A stretch of DNA of 64,000 bases, from the NCBI RefSeq assembly GCF_009914755.1, contig NC_060937.1; one strand, given 5' to 3'. Under the pieces are notes generated by a model. That model was not told the origin of the DNA and ran no database searches. It worked only from the letters and a program-made list of their open reading frames with translations. The stretch comes from the human T2T-CHM13v2.0 reference genome, Homo sapiens. Positions 31,316-49,453 of the stretch are shown one piece after another (the first letter of the stretch is position 1; every line of letters begins with the position of its first letter). The translations under genes and the position numbers were made by a program.

Positions 31316-31384
31316 TTCCACATCGCGGCCCTTGTTCTTGAAGCTCTTGATGCGGTGGTTCTCCAAGCTGGGGTTCTCGGCCAT
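31316..31384 (-). CDS. KPNA3: KPNA3 (karyopherin alpha 3 / importin alpha-4) coding exon 1, start of the IBB domain
   Basis: Translates to MAENPSLENHRIKSFKNKGRDVE, the recognisable KPNA3 N-terminus. Strong Kozak context (GCAGCC-ATG-G). Ends at a phase-0 donor, GAA|GTGAGT (GT at 31315-31314). Lies in a CpG island. Confidence 0.96.
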
Positions 31385-31422
31385 GGCTGCGCGCGGCTCC
31401 GGCGGCGGCTACTCCTGCGGCT

Positions 31423-31440
31423 GCGGCGGCGGCGGCGGCG
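31423..31440 (-). repeat. (CGC)6 trinucleotide tract in the KPNA3 5' UTR
   Basis: Plus strand reads GCG x6, with degenerate GGC/GCG units nearer the ATG. Confidence 0.85.
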
Positions 31441-31620
31441 AATCTTGGAGCGGGAGGGGGAGGAGGGGGAGAGCGGGAGGGGGGAGGGGGAGAGAAGAGC
31501 ACGTTCTGTGACGCCTCCGAGCGCGAGGTGGCAGTAGCGCCGGGGGAGGCGCGGGCCGACTGCCGGGCCGGGTGGGGCGGGAACGGTGCTGAGAGCGGCG
31601 CGCGGCCGCGGAGGCTGGCG

Positions 31621-31630
31621 ACACGTGACC
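31621..31630 (-). promoter_or_regulatory. E-box GGTCACGTGT (USF/MiT-TFE/MYC-type)
   Basis: CACGTG core with a GTCACGTG flank in the proximal promoter. Motif match only. Confidence 0.55.
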
Positions 31631-31665
31631 GGGGGCGGTGACCGGCTTGGGCGTTCGCCGGGCTA

Positions 31666-31672
31666 TACGTGC
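31666..31672 (+). promoter_or_regulatory. HRE-like TACGTGC
   Basis: Matches the RCGTG HIF core. Motif match only. Confidence 0.3.
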
Positions 31673-31811
31673 CCGTTGGTTCTCGGGATGACCCTGCCCT
31701 CTTCCCCTGCAAGGGCTCTCCACAACCCCTCGGTGCTGCAAGTTTTGTGCCAGAAATGGAGCCGGACCTGGCGACTTTTACTGCCCCTCAGGCGCGGGGC
31801 GGCGGTCGTCA

Positions 31812-31830
31812 ACTACAGTTCCCATCATGC
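31812..31830 (+). promoter_or_regulatory. ZNF143/THAP11 (SBS, ACTACAnnTCCCA) motif
   Basis: ACTACAGTTCCCATCATGC closely matches the consensus ACTACAATTCCCAGAATGC, about 430 bp upstream of the ATG. Confidence 0.8.
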
Positions 31831-32601
31831 CACGATCCGCCTGGAGTAATTCTCCACGCCTAGTGAGAACGAGGAGAATGCCGGGACCCTTCCGCGCGCG
31901 GCTCTTTGCGCGCCGCGCTCATGTTGCTGGGCACAAAGCTCCGCCCCCACAAGGCCGCCTCTGGGCGGGGAAGAGCGGGGGAGCGTCCCTGGCACCTTGC
32001 GCCCTATCAGGAGGAAGAGGGCGGGCCTTCCTGGGAGCGCACCTCGCTGCCTGTAGCTAGAAGATCAGAAAAGGAACAACCGCGAGTGCTTTGCAGTCTC
32101 GCTTTTTTGGGGGTCTTCTCAAATAGCCACCTTCATTCGCTCTTCCCATGCTCTGCTTCAGTTTTATAAATAGCATTTCTACCTGACATGTACATGTGTA
32201 TGTATGTGATACGAGTGTTTATATGCGTTACCTAGGTGCCCGCGCGGAAATTCAGCTCAATGAGAGCAGGTACTTTGGTTGAATTACTGCTGAATCTCTA
32301 GTGTCAAAACAATGCCTACCACGTCGTAGATACGCAATACTTGTTGAACTGGCGCTTTAGTGTCGCCCAGTTTCTTCATCATCCTTCCAAGCCCGGTTCT
32401 GCAACCTTCACTCTGGCAGTCCCTGTATTTACATGCCCCCCAACACTTCTTGTTCTACCACCACACAGAATCTTAGCCTTCAGGCAGCAGCCCAGCCCTG
32501 GTCCGCAGACTCTCCTGTGTAGCACTCCCACTCCCTCTGGGGGCATCGAAAGAATGAAAGAGGGAAATTTGGATGGATTACACTGATAAAGAGCTGCTTT
32601 C

Positions 32602-32912
<311 letters not shown>

Positions 32913-33085
32913 CTACTTTCTGGAGCAGGTGGGCTTCATTTGCTTGTATGTTAATTTTCAGAATCTATGGTAGACATGAGCAGGTATGTAATGTTGTAGT
33001 ACTTATAATTGAACTGAGGTCAAAAGTTGGTAGGACTATACCATGAAGAGATCAAAAAGGACAATCTTTAAAGCGAAAGGGCCTT

Positions 33086-33512
<427 letters not shown>

Positions 33513-33856
33513 TCAGGAATTCAGAAGCCTTTGGTGGCCAAGCTATGTCCAGGGGCATTCGTCTTGTGAGTGGTGGGGTGTGGCCTATTGATAAACACAG
33601 GCTTCAGATCCTCTGGTCATACTGGACTGTGGCCCAGTGTTGCCAGAAGATTCCACTTTTCAAGGAAAACCAAAAAGGTAGATTCTTTTTCTCTTTATTT
33701 TTAAATGTTAATTCACATTTTGTTAATGGACTTAAGCATTTCAGTCACTTCAGAATATCAGGTCCTCAGTTTGCAACACCTGATCTTAGTCTAACCACTC
33801 ATTTGAAGGGAAACACACACACACACACCAGCTATGAATTTAGAAGGAATACATTA

Positions 33857-34173
<317 letters not shown>

Positions 34174-35259
34174 TTAGCTCAACTCTGGGTTTTAAGGAAA
34201 CAGAACTTGTGTGTTTGCCATTCTCCTTGGCTAAATGGAAGAGAAATTTTCAGACTGTTGCTCAGTCTCTATTATAATTTAGTAGGTATTCCCTTTTCAG
34301 GTTACTTTATGCCACCTTTCTTCACACCCAGTCCAAAGCAGGGCTGCCCTTTTGCCTGGATCTAGTTTACTCATTTTTATTCTTTGCCAGTACCCCTGGT
34401 AACTTCAGCATTCACAAATGTGGCACCCTGACACCACAGTCTTTCTACATCCTTAACTTCACCAAGTTTTTTACCACTCAAGTGGTAAAAAATGCAAGCC
34501 TGCACCAGACCTTGGAGACCTTAATCTCTGGGAAATGACCACCTCCAGGGACTCAAATTTGGTGCTTCTCATTGTTAGAAACTATCTCCTTCTCTTTTGC
34601 CTCACTCTAATCATCATCCTTGGCCTGAAACTTCTCTGGACAGCTCTTCTTTTAAATGGATTTATTTTCCACACATATTGTGAGTGTCTACTGTATACCA
34701 AGCATTGTATTCATCGGGCACATGTATGAAGGACTAGGGGGTCTCGGGGGAGACAGGAAGGAAGGGCCCTCAGCCCAGGGGTCAATCAAATCCTCTGACT
34801 CACTCTCCACCTTCCCAAGGCATGGGGAGTCATGCCAGCAGTCAGTCAGGTAGCAGTATGCCGTAGGCAACACAAGCATAACAGATGGGAAAAGGACTTC
34901 ATGATTTGCCTCCTAAGTCAGCTTCTTTCTGCAAACTCACCCCTCTGTTACTGGCATAACCATTCTTCCAGGGACACCTCTCCAAGCTAAGAGCCGTCTT
35001 TACTTCTTGTCTCTCTCCCTCAACTCCCTCACCTAGTCACCATGTTAATTCACCACTCAGTGTTTCTGGCATCTCTCTCTTCTTCCCATGCCACCCACGA
35101 GACTACCTTAACACCTCCTAAGCAGTCCACCTGCCTCCCCAATCCCTCCACAGCAATCTGACTCACTTCTCCAGATCTTCCTGACTTCATCTCTGCTCCC
35201 AATCAGCATACCCTTCTCCTCTGCCATTGTCTGTCAAATCATTTATAAACTCAGTCTAG

Positions 35260-35885
<626 letters not shown>

Positions 35886-36462
35886 AACTTGTCTAGTGGT
35901 TAAGATCATATGTGATGCAGCCACAGTGCAAGATACTTTTTTCTTATTTTTGGTTCCCCTGCACATTGCTCATGCTTCAGCTAACATGTTCTGCTCACCT
36001 TTTTCCAAGTATATCTTAACCTTTCCAGTTTTTACATCTTTGCCATTTGACTTGCTCAGATGGCCCTGCCTCTGTCTCTGCCTGTCAACATCGCTTCCTC
36101 TTTGAATACTCATCCCACATGGTCACCTTCTCTATGAAGCTTTCCCAGCGTGGTACTGTGGAAGGATCTTCAGAACCTGAAAATTCAGGTCCCAGGGCTG
36201 ATCCTATCAGATCAAGCCCAGGTAAGTCAATTATCTGCCCTCAATCCTCTTTTCATCTACAAGTAAGGATCCTGAATCACTGGGGTTTTGTGAGAATCAA
36301 ATTCTAAAATGCATGTGGAAGTGCTTTGAAATTGCTCTATTAATATTAGTTGTTACTATCTTCCTAGCCAGGAGTAATATGTTTCCCTCTGAACCTCAGA
36401 AGAACTTTACTTATGGTTTTGTATTGCTGCAATTTGTGTAGTCTTATCTCTCTCTTACCTAT

Positions 36463-37360
<898 letters not shown>

Positions 37361-38267
37361 TGTTCTATCATGCATGTTTGCTGAATGAACAAATGAATTA
37401 ATGAGTGAATGAATAAACTCCTTTCTTCCCTCATGATCACCTTTTGGCTAATTCACCACACTTTAAGCACACCTGAAGCAAAGAGCAAATACTGAAAATT
37501 GAAGAAAATGACATCCAAATGCATCAACCCAGCTACCTAGCAGTGCTCTTACCTCAGTGGTAAAGAAATGTAAAATAATAAGTGTTTTCATTTACTGAAT
37601 TCCTGCCAGGAATTTATATACATCATCTCTAATCCCTGTGAAAGCCCTGCATGGTTGAAATTATCATCTCCATCTCTCTCTGGGGCAGGCGGAGCTTGGA
37701 GCTCTGGTTCCAAGGCATGGTGAGAGTCTGTGGTGTTGGCAGGAACAACGGAAGCAAAAAGACACAGAAAGACAAGTGGTTTCTCTTGTGGCCAATGTCT
37801 AGAATAGCAGTAATGAAGACCTCCACTCTCCCCAAAGAACAAATACAGTCCTTAGACTCTAGGAAAGTAAGGTCTCCTCTCCAAGGGGTGTCCCCTGTGC
37901 GGGGAGCATCAGTCATGGAAATGGGTGTGCCTAGCAGGGCAACCATCTCGTGATCCATGATAGTCAGTAGCAGCAGACAGCATTGTAGCAGTAAGGTGAA
38001 AAGTCAGAGAGGAAGAACCAGATAAATCCCCAGAAATAATTGGGGACACCTCAAGCGAGGCTAGTGTCTGGCCAGTAAGCACTGATACATAATTATGTGG
38101 ATAACACAAATAAGATAACCTCAATGCATAATAATGGGCTAATGGGCCTGGGACACACACATTGTCCCCCAATATCATTTTCAAATAATTAGACTACAAT
38201 AAAATAAACAATGTTAAAATTGTAGTGGGCATAATTTAGAATATACTTACCGTCTCAAGGTCATGAT

Positions 38268-39019
38268 TCTGCATGATTTTACACATATGTGAAATCTGCA
38301 TGATTTTACACATATGTGAAATCTGCATGATTTTACACATATGTGAAATCTGCATGATTTTACACATATGTGAAATCTGCATGATTTTACACATATGTGA
38401 AATCTGCATGATTTTACACATATGTGAAATCTGCATGATTTTACACATATGTGAAATCTGCATGATTTTACACATATGTGAAATCTGCATGATTTTACAC
38501 ATATGTGAAATCTGCATGATTTTACACATATGTGAAATCTGCATGATTTTACACATATGTGAAATCTGCATGATTTTACACATATGTGAAATCTGCATGA
38601 TTTTACACATATGTGAAATCTGCATGATTTTACACATATGTGAAATCTGCATGATTTTACACATATGTGAAATCTGCATGATTTTACACATATGTGAAAT
38701 CTGCATGATTTTACACATATGTGAAATCTGCATGATTTTACACATATGTGAAATCTGCATGATTTTACACATATGTGAAATCTGCATGATTTTACACATA
38801 TGTGAAATCTGCATGATTTTACACATATGTGAAATCTGCATGATTTTACACATATGTGAAATCTGCATGATTTTACACATATGTGAAATCTGCATGATTT
38901 TACACATATGTGAAATCTGCATGATTTTACACATATGTGAAATCTGCATGATTTTACACATATGTGAAATCTGCATGATTTTACACATATGTGAAATCTG
39001 CATGATTTTACACATATGT
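38268..39019. repeat. Perfect 27-bp minisatellite (VNTR), about 27.9 copies
   Basis: Unit TCTGCATGATTTTACACATATGTGAAA. CATG anchors at 38272 and 39001 are exactly 27 units apart. The ORF translations show no variant residues across the units. Confidence 0.97.
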
Positions 39020-39458
39020 AAAAATATAATTTTATACTACTAGATATTATAGGACACATATATAGATATAATTTTAAAATACTAGATATTATAGTACATA
39101 TATGTAAAAATATAATTTTACAATACTAGATATAGAACCAAATGGTACCTTAGAGATGAACACAGTCCTGGAAGTTTAGTAACTTGCTGGTTCTTTAAAT
39201 AACAAGCAGTGTGTCCTTGAACAGGTTATTTCATATAAGTAGCAAGTTGCTCACTTGTGAAATGAGCACGTTGGACTGGGTGATCTTGAAGCCTCCTCTC
39301 ACAGGCATAATGCTTTGAACCTGTGAGCCCACCACTCCAGTCCAGCAGCATCTCTTCTCCTGTCTCTCCCTATTTTATAGATGAGAAATACAAAGACAGT
39401 AAATGATCATAATTGTCAAACGGACCGAAAGTTGAGTGTTCTGATTTTTTTCCACTCA

Positions 39459-39755
<297 letters not shown>

Positions 39756-40253
39756 TTAAATTAAAAGTTATTAAGATAAATCATTATCTCAGATAAGAAA
39801 TAATTCACTCACGGTAAGGTATGAATGACCTTATTAAACCATGTGAACTCCAGCAGATGGAATGTCTGATATATCTAACCTATTATTAACATCCACCCTC
39901 CCCTCCCCACACAAGAAAACAAAAAGCAATCCTTTGGCATCCAATTTCAGCTGATCCCTGCTGGAAGTTATTTTGATAATACTAGGGCTACTGGGAAGTG
40001 ACCTCTTTGAACGAATACCAGATTTGTTATCTGTTTCTGCATCATCTTCTCCAGTAAACACGAGTACCTGGAGGAAAGCATTTATGTCTTACTCATTTTT
40101 GGGTTCCCTGTGTCTAATATGGTACATAGCACATGATGGGGCCTCAACAAATGCTAGGTGGATTAATAAATAAACTCAAGTAGAAAAAAAAATTAACCTT
40201 ACCCATTGGAGGGGAATCCATAAAATGTTTGGTATAATAAAAATGAGGAGCAA

Positions 40254-40905
<652 letters not shown>

Positions 40906-40907
40906 AA

Positions 40908-41087
40908 TCGGGGGATGGCAGGGAGCAGGGGAGAGCATTAGGGAAAAGAGCTAATGGATGCAGGGCTTAATACCTAGGTGATGGGTTGATAGGAGCAGCA
41001 AACCACTGTGGCACATGTTTACCTATGTAACAAACCTGTACATCCTCCACGTGAACCCTGGAACTGAAAAAAATAAAATAAAATAAT
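40908..41087 (+). mobile_element. L1PA 3' end fragment
   Basis: gggcttaatacctaggtgatgggttgatagg...acctatgtaacaaacctgtacat followed by an A-rich tail. Confidence 0.88.
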
Positions 41088-41965
41088 GATTTTTAAAAAT
41101 CACCAACATGTAGAGACGTAAATAGGAAAAAAAAATGATCAATGACAACTACTGAGTGTGCACCATGTGCCAGGAACCACGTTAAGCCTTTTCTGGGATT
41201 ACTTCTTTTAATTCTCACAACAGTATTATCAGGTAGAAACTATTTTTACTCCTATTTTATAGAGGAAGAAACTGAGGCCAAAAAATGCTAAGTAACTCTT
41301 GCACAGTCAGGAGGAGAGAGGGTCCATGCAACTTGATTGCAGGGCCCATGTCTGTAATTTGGTTTTCTGCAGGCAAGCACGCAGAGAGATGGGGGAGAGC
41401 CATGTGTCCTGTCTGGGTCACAATACCTAGAGATACCTCCTTGATCCAGCACAAACAAAAGGGTTTCCACAGGACAATAATGTTATATTTAGTTGCAAAA
41501 CAAACAAACAAAAAAAGGTCTAGGTAAACTGGTTACCAAAAGAGGAAGAATTAAACAAGTGTGAAAAGCTAGTCTCTACTGAAAAGAGATTTTTATCGTC
41601 AAGTCAGCAGGACTAGGAGAGGACTCAGACAAACCACTAAATCCACAAGTCGGACAAAAAAGGGCTTGTCATCTAGAGTTGTATTAAGTAGATAACTTTT
41701 TATCCTTTGCATATTGCCATTTGGAGGAGACATACTCTGCTTACTAATTATGGAGCGTTAAAGACTCCAGTCTGTAAATATTCAGCTCTAAAGTCATTCC
41801 TGGAAAACAAGGTAACGGGAGGCAGGAGACACCTGAAAGTAGCCATCCAAAAGACTGGTTCATTAGTTTGATTGTAAACATTCTCCTCTGTCCCTACCAT
41901 TTGAGGAATTTATGATTCCCTAGGTTGGAAGATACCTAGAGAACTGAAATGTGCAGTAACAATGC

Positions 41966-42635
<670 letters not shown>

Positions 42636-42726
42636 TAAAAGAAATTTTTCTTACCTAACTTGTATGAGTCTTTTAACTTTTAGGTCTATTTCCCTTTAAA
42701 TCCTGCAGTTTAAATAACTTTGCTTT

Positions 42727-44665
<1,939 letters not shown>

Positions 44666-45418
44666 TTAGATTAAAAATGTCATAGAATACTTACACGTTT
44701 TTGTTCCTTCTCTAGGAGAAAAACAACTTGAATTGCCGTGGAGAAACCTTAGACTCTGGTAGCTGTTTAAACTCATAAATTGTCCCAGAAGATTTCTAAT
44801 TCCCAAACCATCAAACCGTCCCTCACATTTAATTCAGGAACACGTTCGGCAAATGTTTGTGTTTGTACACGAAGTCTCTCAGCGATCTAAGTTTGACTTG
44901 GAGAGCAATGAGGCAAAATTCCCATCTTCCTACCCCACTTTAACTTGGAGATAAAACCTACTCAAGTTATACATACCAGTACTTTCAAAAGCCCTTCAAC
45001 TTATCTAAGCATCTCTCTAGCCCCACACTCTTCCCCTTTTCATCTCAATATGGAACTTTGTGTAAAAGCATCCAAAGCTGAAAGACAGAGCTGTGGATTA
45101 TGTGCCTGCAGAGCTTAATCCCTGCCAATCTCACAGAGGGGCACCTTACAGTTAGGAATGTGTGCAACCAGAGCCAGGATAAGTTCAGACTCATCAAACG
45201 ATTGTTTTATCAACCACAATTACACAATACAACTAAAACAAAAATAACCTTGAGAAGCAATGAGTAACCTACAACTCATCATGATATGAAGTTCAAATAA
45301 TTGCTAATGCCACACTTGGACAGTCAAGTTTTTCAAGCTTCCCCCTGCTCCCCCTGCCCCCAAAAATAGACAAGATTATGCAATGAGAAGATAAAGGAGA
45401 TAGAAGACAATGCTCCAG

Positions 45419-45728
45419 GGCCAGGCGTGGTGGCTCACACCTGTAATCCCAGCACTTAGGGAGGCAGAGGCAGTTGGATCACTAGGTCAGGAGTTCAAGA
45501 CCAGCCTGGCCAAGATGGTGAAAGCCTGTCTCTACTAAAAATAAAAAAAAAATTAGCCAGGCATGGTGGTGGGCGCCTGTAATCCCAGCTAATTGGGAGG
45601 CTGAGACAGAGAATTGCTTGAACCCGGGAGGTAGAGGTTGCAGTGAGCTGAGATCGCACTACTGCACTCCAGCGTGGGCGGCAGAGTAAGACTCCATCTC
45701 AAAAAAAAAAAAAGAAAGAAAAAAAGAA
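45419..45728 (+). mobile_element. AluS
   Basis: Dimer; imperfect flanking duplicate CAATGCT(C/T)CA. Confidence 0.9.
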
Positions 45729-46559
45729 ATCAATGCTTCATCCTTATTATTCAAAGCTAGATTGCAAAATATACTAATCTAAGAAATCTTTAGTTTTTCT
45801 CCTCCCTATAGCTTTAGTTGAGCTTTATGTAGGGTTTCTTTCTTTTATACAAAGAAGCACAAATATCTCTCTTGGAAGACTACAGCTCAGTAACTGATGG
45901 GAACATGCAAGGGCAGGTGAAAACACACAGGACAACAATATAAGAATGTTTTCTGATGCGCAATATGAGCAAATACGGTTCTAGTCACTCTCTTTCTGCT
46001 AAGCAAAAAATCTGACCCAAGCCAACCCCTGCTATCTAAAATGGTCATTTTTGAAAAATGTCTTTATTAGTAATCATTTGTTTTCTGTAGAAATGGGAAT
46101 AATAATAGCTAGCATTCATTGAGCATTTAATATGTTTAAAGCACTATTTTAAGTAATTCGCATGTATTAACAACAGCCCTATGTGGTAGGTAGAGAATAT
46201 CATCTTTCGTTTTACAGAGGAATACACCGAGGCATGGAGAGGTTAAACAATTTGCCCAGGGTCACCCAGCTAATAAGTATTAGAGCCAGAATCTGAGCTT
46301 GGGCAATCCGGCTCCATTTTACACTCTTGTCTCTGTTGGCAGTTGAAACAAAGATGCACTTACATGGACATTGATTCCTTGCTACACACAAACCTGCAAC
46401 CATATGTCAAGACTAACATCTTATAGTTTATGGTTACTTGTAGAAACCAAATTAAATGAGGAACCCAAACATTTGATTGGAACCTATTACTGTCATCAAA
46501 ACCCACTTCTCCTTGGTTTTCATAATTCCCAGTGGGAAGTGTATCTCAGCAATTTTGTC

Positions 46560-47470
46560 TGTCAGGAATTTTGAAAAGTCAAGAGGTGAGTCCTAGTGAC
46601 ATTACTTCAGCTCCAAATCATAGCACACCTGAAGTTGGAGCCATCCATGAATTTTTCTTCTTTTTAGTTATGTGGCTAAATAAATTCCCTTTTTAAAATG
46701 GCCGTTTGAGTTTCAACTGAAAGACTCATAACAGATACACCCCCTTCTCCAGCCACTGCCATCCCCACCCCCACAGTGAGTGTCTCACAGGTGGGACCAT
46801 GACCTCAGCCGGTCTGTTTATTCAGAGTGAACCTCAGGGCTTTTGTAGACATGGCCAGAAAAGAAGCTCTCTTTCCATTGGACTTGAACCTGGAAAGACG
46901 TGAGCCTGGAAATACGGCATCATCTAAGGCTGCTGGAGTCTGCTGCACAGAGCTGGGGTAATAGCCCATCGAGGGTGAAAGTGGAGTTAAGAGAAGCAGG
47001 GACATTGAACCCTGCAGGCATCATTTGAGTCCTGAACTTTTTAGTGTCGGAAGCCACTCAACCTCCAGCTATCTATTCCTGCCTTACAAAGACCCTAAAT
47101 GTAGTGGCTTAAAACAACAAAAATTTATGATGTCTCTCAGCTTGGCAATCTGAGTGATTGTCTGGATTTACTAGTCAGCTTTACCACAGTAACAAATGAC
47201 TTCCTAAATCCCAGGGGCTTGTAACAACCCATGTTCCTCACTCTGCCGTTACACGTCTGCCATCACATCAGTGAAGGCTCTGATTCTGCTCCATGTGTTT
47301 TCACGTTCGGGGACCAAGGCTGCAGGAGTAGCCCCCATTCAAGCAAGACCTGTCATCCCCTTGGCAGAATGAAAAGAGCAAAATACCCGATGGCCCTTTA
47401 AAGCCTCAGTTCAAATACGGTGTATGTTATGTCCTTTGATACCCCATTGACCAAAGCAAATCCCTGACTT
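46560..47470. mobile_element. Ancient MaLR (MLT1-type) LTR fragments
   Basis: aataaattcccttttt...ttgagtttcaactgaaagact and agtggcttaaaacaac motifs. Confidence 0.55.
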
Positions 47471-47626
47471 TGAGGACTCCCTGTAGCTGTCTGGGTAAAT
47501 TAGGTTAGCACCCGAGGCCCTTTGTGAGAGTTTAAAATAAGGAGATATGCACATACAGAGAAAAAGAGAGACCGAGGCAAAGAAAGAGAATTTATGTGTA
47601 TTTCTACATGCATGGTGTGTGTATGA

Positions 47627-47929
<303 letters not shown>

Positions 47930-48330
47930 TAACGTTCTTAAGGCAACTTCATTTCTGTGTGGAAGGTTGAAGGTCAGTCCCAACCTGAGATATAGGACCA
48001 GTTCTTTTCTAGTCAGGGAGAATTCAGGAAGCCACGTTCCAAAACAGTAAGTCAGACTTCTGTTGAGCCTGCTCTGATTTCAGACCTTCGTTCTGCTAAC
48101 AGGGATCCAGCCTTTGGCCCCATCTGTAGAGTCACAGCAGCTCTGCTGCTGCTCATCCGCTGGGGCTACTGCCAATTGCTGCTCAGTCCCTTGCTGTCTT
48201 CATAGAGCCTTGGTCACAAGCTTCTTCTCGAGGACAACTACAGGGTCTGCCCCAGGTACATCCCCACCCATGAGCATCTAGTTTCCACCTCCTTTCTGCC
48301 TACCAGTCAGGAGCTAAGATAATTCTGATA

Positions 48331-48401
48331 ATATAGTAATAATAGCATCTGTCATTTATTGCATATAGTAATAATAGCATCTACCATTTATTGCATATAG
48401 T
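48331..48401. repeat. 32-bp tandem duplication (about 2.2 copies)
   Basis: atatagtaataatagcatct(gt/ac)catttattgc is repeated. Confidence 0.85.
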
Positions 48402-49095
48402 CTCAAATTCTTATGTATCCCAGAAGTGCAGCTATTTCCAGCTGGGCCTCTGTTTTCATTAGGCATCATTCTTAATATAGATCTCAACCCTTCTTCAAGT
48501 CCCCCAGAACAATCCATGAACACCAAAAGTATTCACGAGCCACGTGTAATTGACTGAGGCTTCCCCAAAACAGTGGAGTAGAGATTTATAGGGCACACCC
48601 AACAGAAGCAGCTTTTCTCTAATTTCCTTTTCTGCTGTGCTACCATCAAGGCTCCTCCTTCTCCCCACATCTCGAAGCTTAGCCTTCTCAGTCGTATGCT
48701 GAATGCATACTGAAGTAACAGATAATGGAATACGTAACTACATAAAGCTTAAATAATAGGGTTTATTATCTCTGGGGGTATCATTTTCAGGCTTTGTTAA
48801 TTCAGGGACCCAACAACATCATCAAGCACTCAACCCATGTGTTTTCTACTTCCCTCTGTGCCATCCCCAGCCTGTTGGTTTTCATCCTCAGAGTTTCCCT
48901 CATGGTCACAAGAAGGCTGCCACAGCTCCAGGAATTACGTCCACACATAACTATATCTAAAGATAGGAAGAGGACCATTATTCCTCCTCCCCACATCATA
49001 AAGGAAAAACTTTCACAGAAACATCTCAGAAGACTTACCTTTAAACTCCTCCACTGGGGTTGGGTTACATGCTCATGCCCTAATAATAAAAGTTA

Positions 49096-49212
<117 letters not shown>

Positions 49213-49217
49213 TTATT

Positions 49218-49453
49218 CAGGTTGAGTATCCCAAAATGCTTGGGACCAGAAGTGTTTCAGAATTCAGATTTTTTTCCCTCCCGATTTTGAAATATTTGCA
49301 TTATACTTACCAGTTGAGCATCCCTAATCCAAAAACCCAAAACCTGAATGTTCTGATGAGCATTTCCTTTGAGCACCATGTTGACACTCAAAAAATGTTG
49401 GATTTTGAGGCATTTCGGATTTCAGATTTTGAGATTAAGGGATGTTCAACCTT
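49218..49453. mobile_element. Tigger4/MER46-like MITE, preceded by a truncated Alu right arm (~49100-49210)
   Basis: CAGGTTGAGTATCCC...GGGATGTTCAACCT inverted termini; the Alu piece is flanked by duplicate AAAAGTTATTCAG. Confidence 0.8.

Larger units (their letters stand above)
30770..32060. promoter_or_regulatory. CpG island / KPNA3 promoter and 5' UTR
   Basis: Very high GC and CpG density against the AT-rich flanks. Surrounds exon 1. Contains several GGGGCGG GC boxes (e.g. ~31574, ~31632). Confidence 0.93.

Noticed and set aside
38268-39019. CRISPR-like array (27-bp partly palindromic repeat)
   Set aside because: The repeats are head-to-tail with no spacers, there are no cas genes, and the context is primate genomic DNA.
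38236-39059. Three ~260-aa repetitive ORFs (MCKIMQISH, CVKSCRFHI, MILHICEIC) as protein-coding genes
   Set aside because: They are an automatic result of a 27-bp unit lacking stops in those frames. There is no promoter, conservation or homology evidence, so I kept them only as a speculative exon hypothesis.
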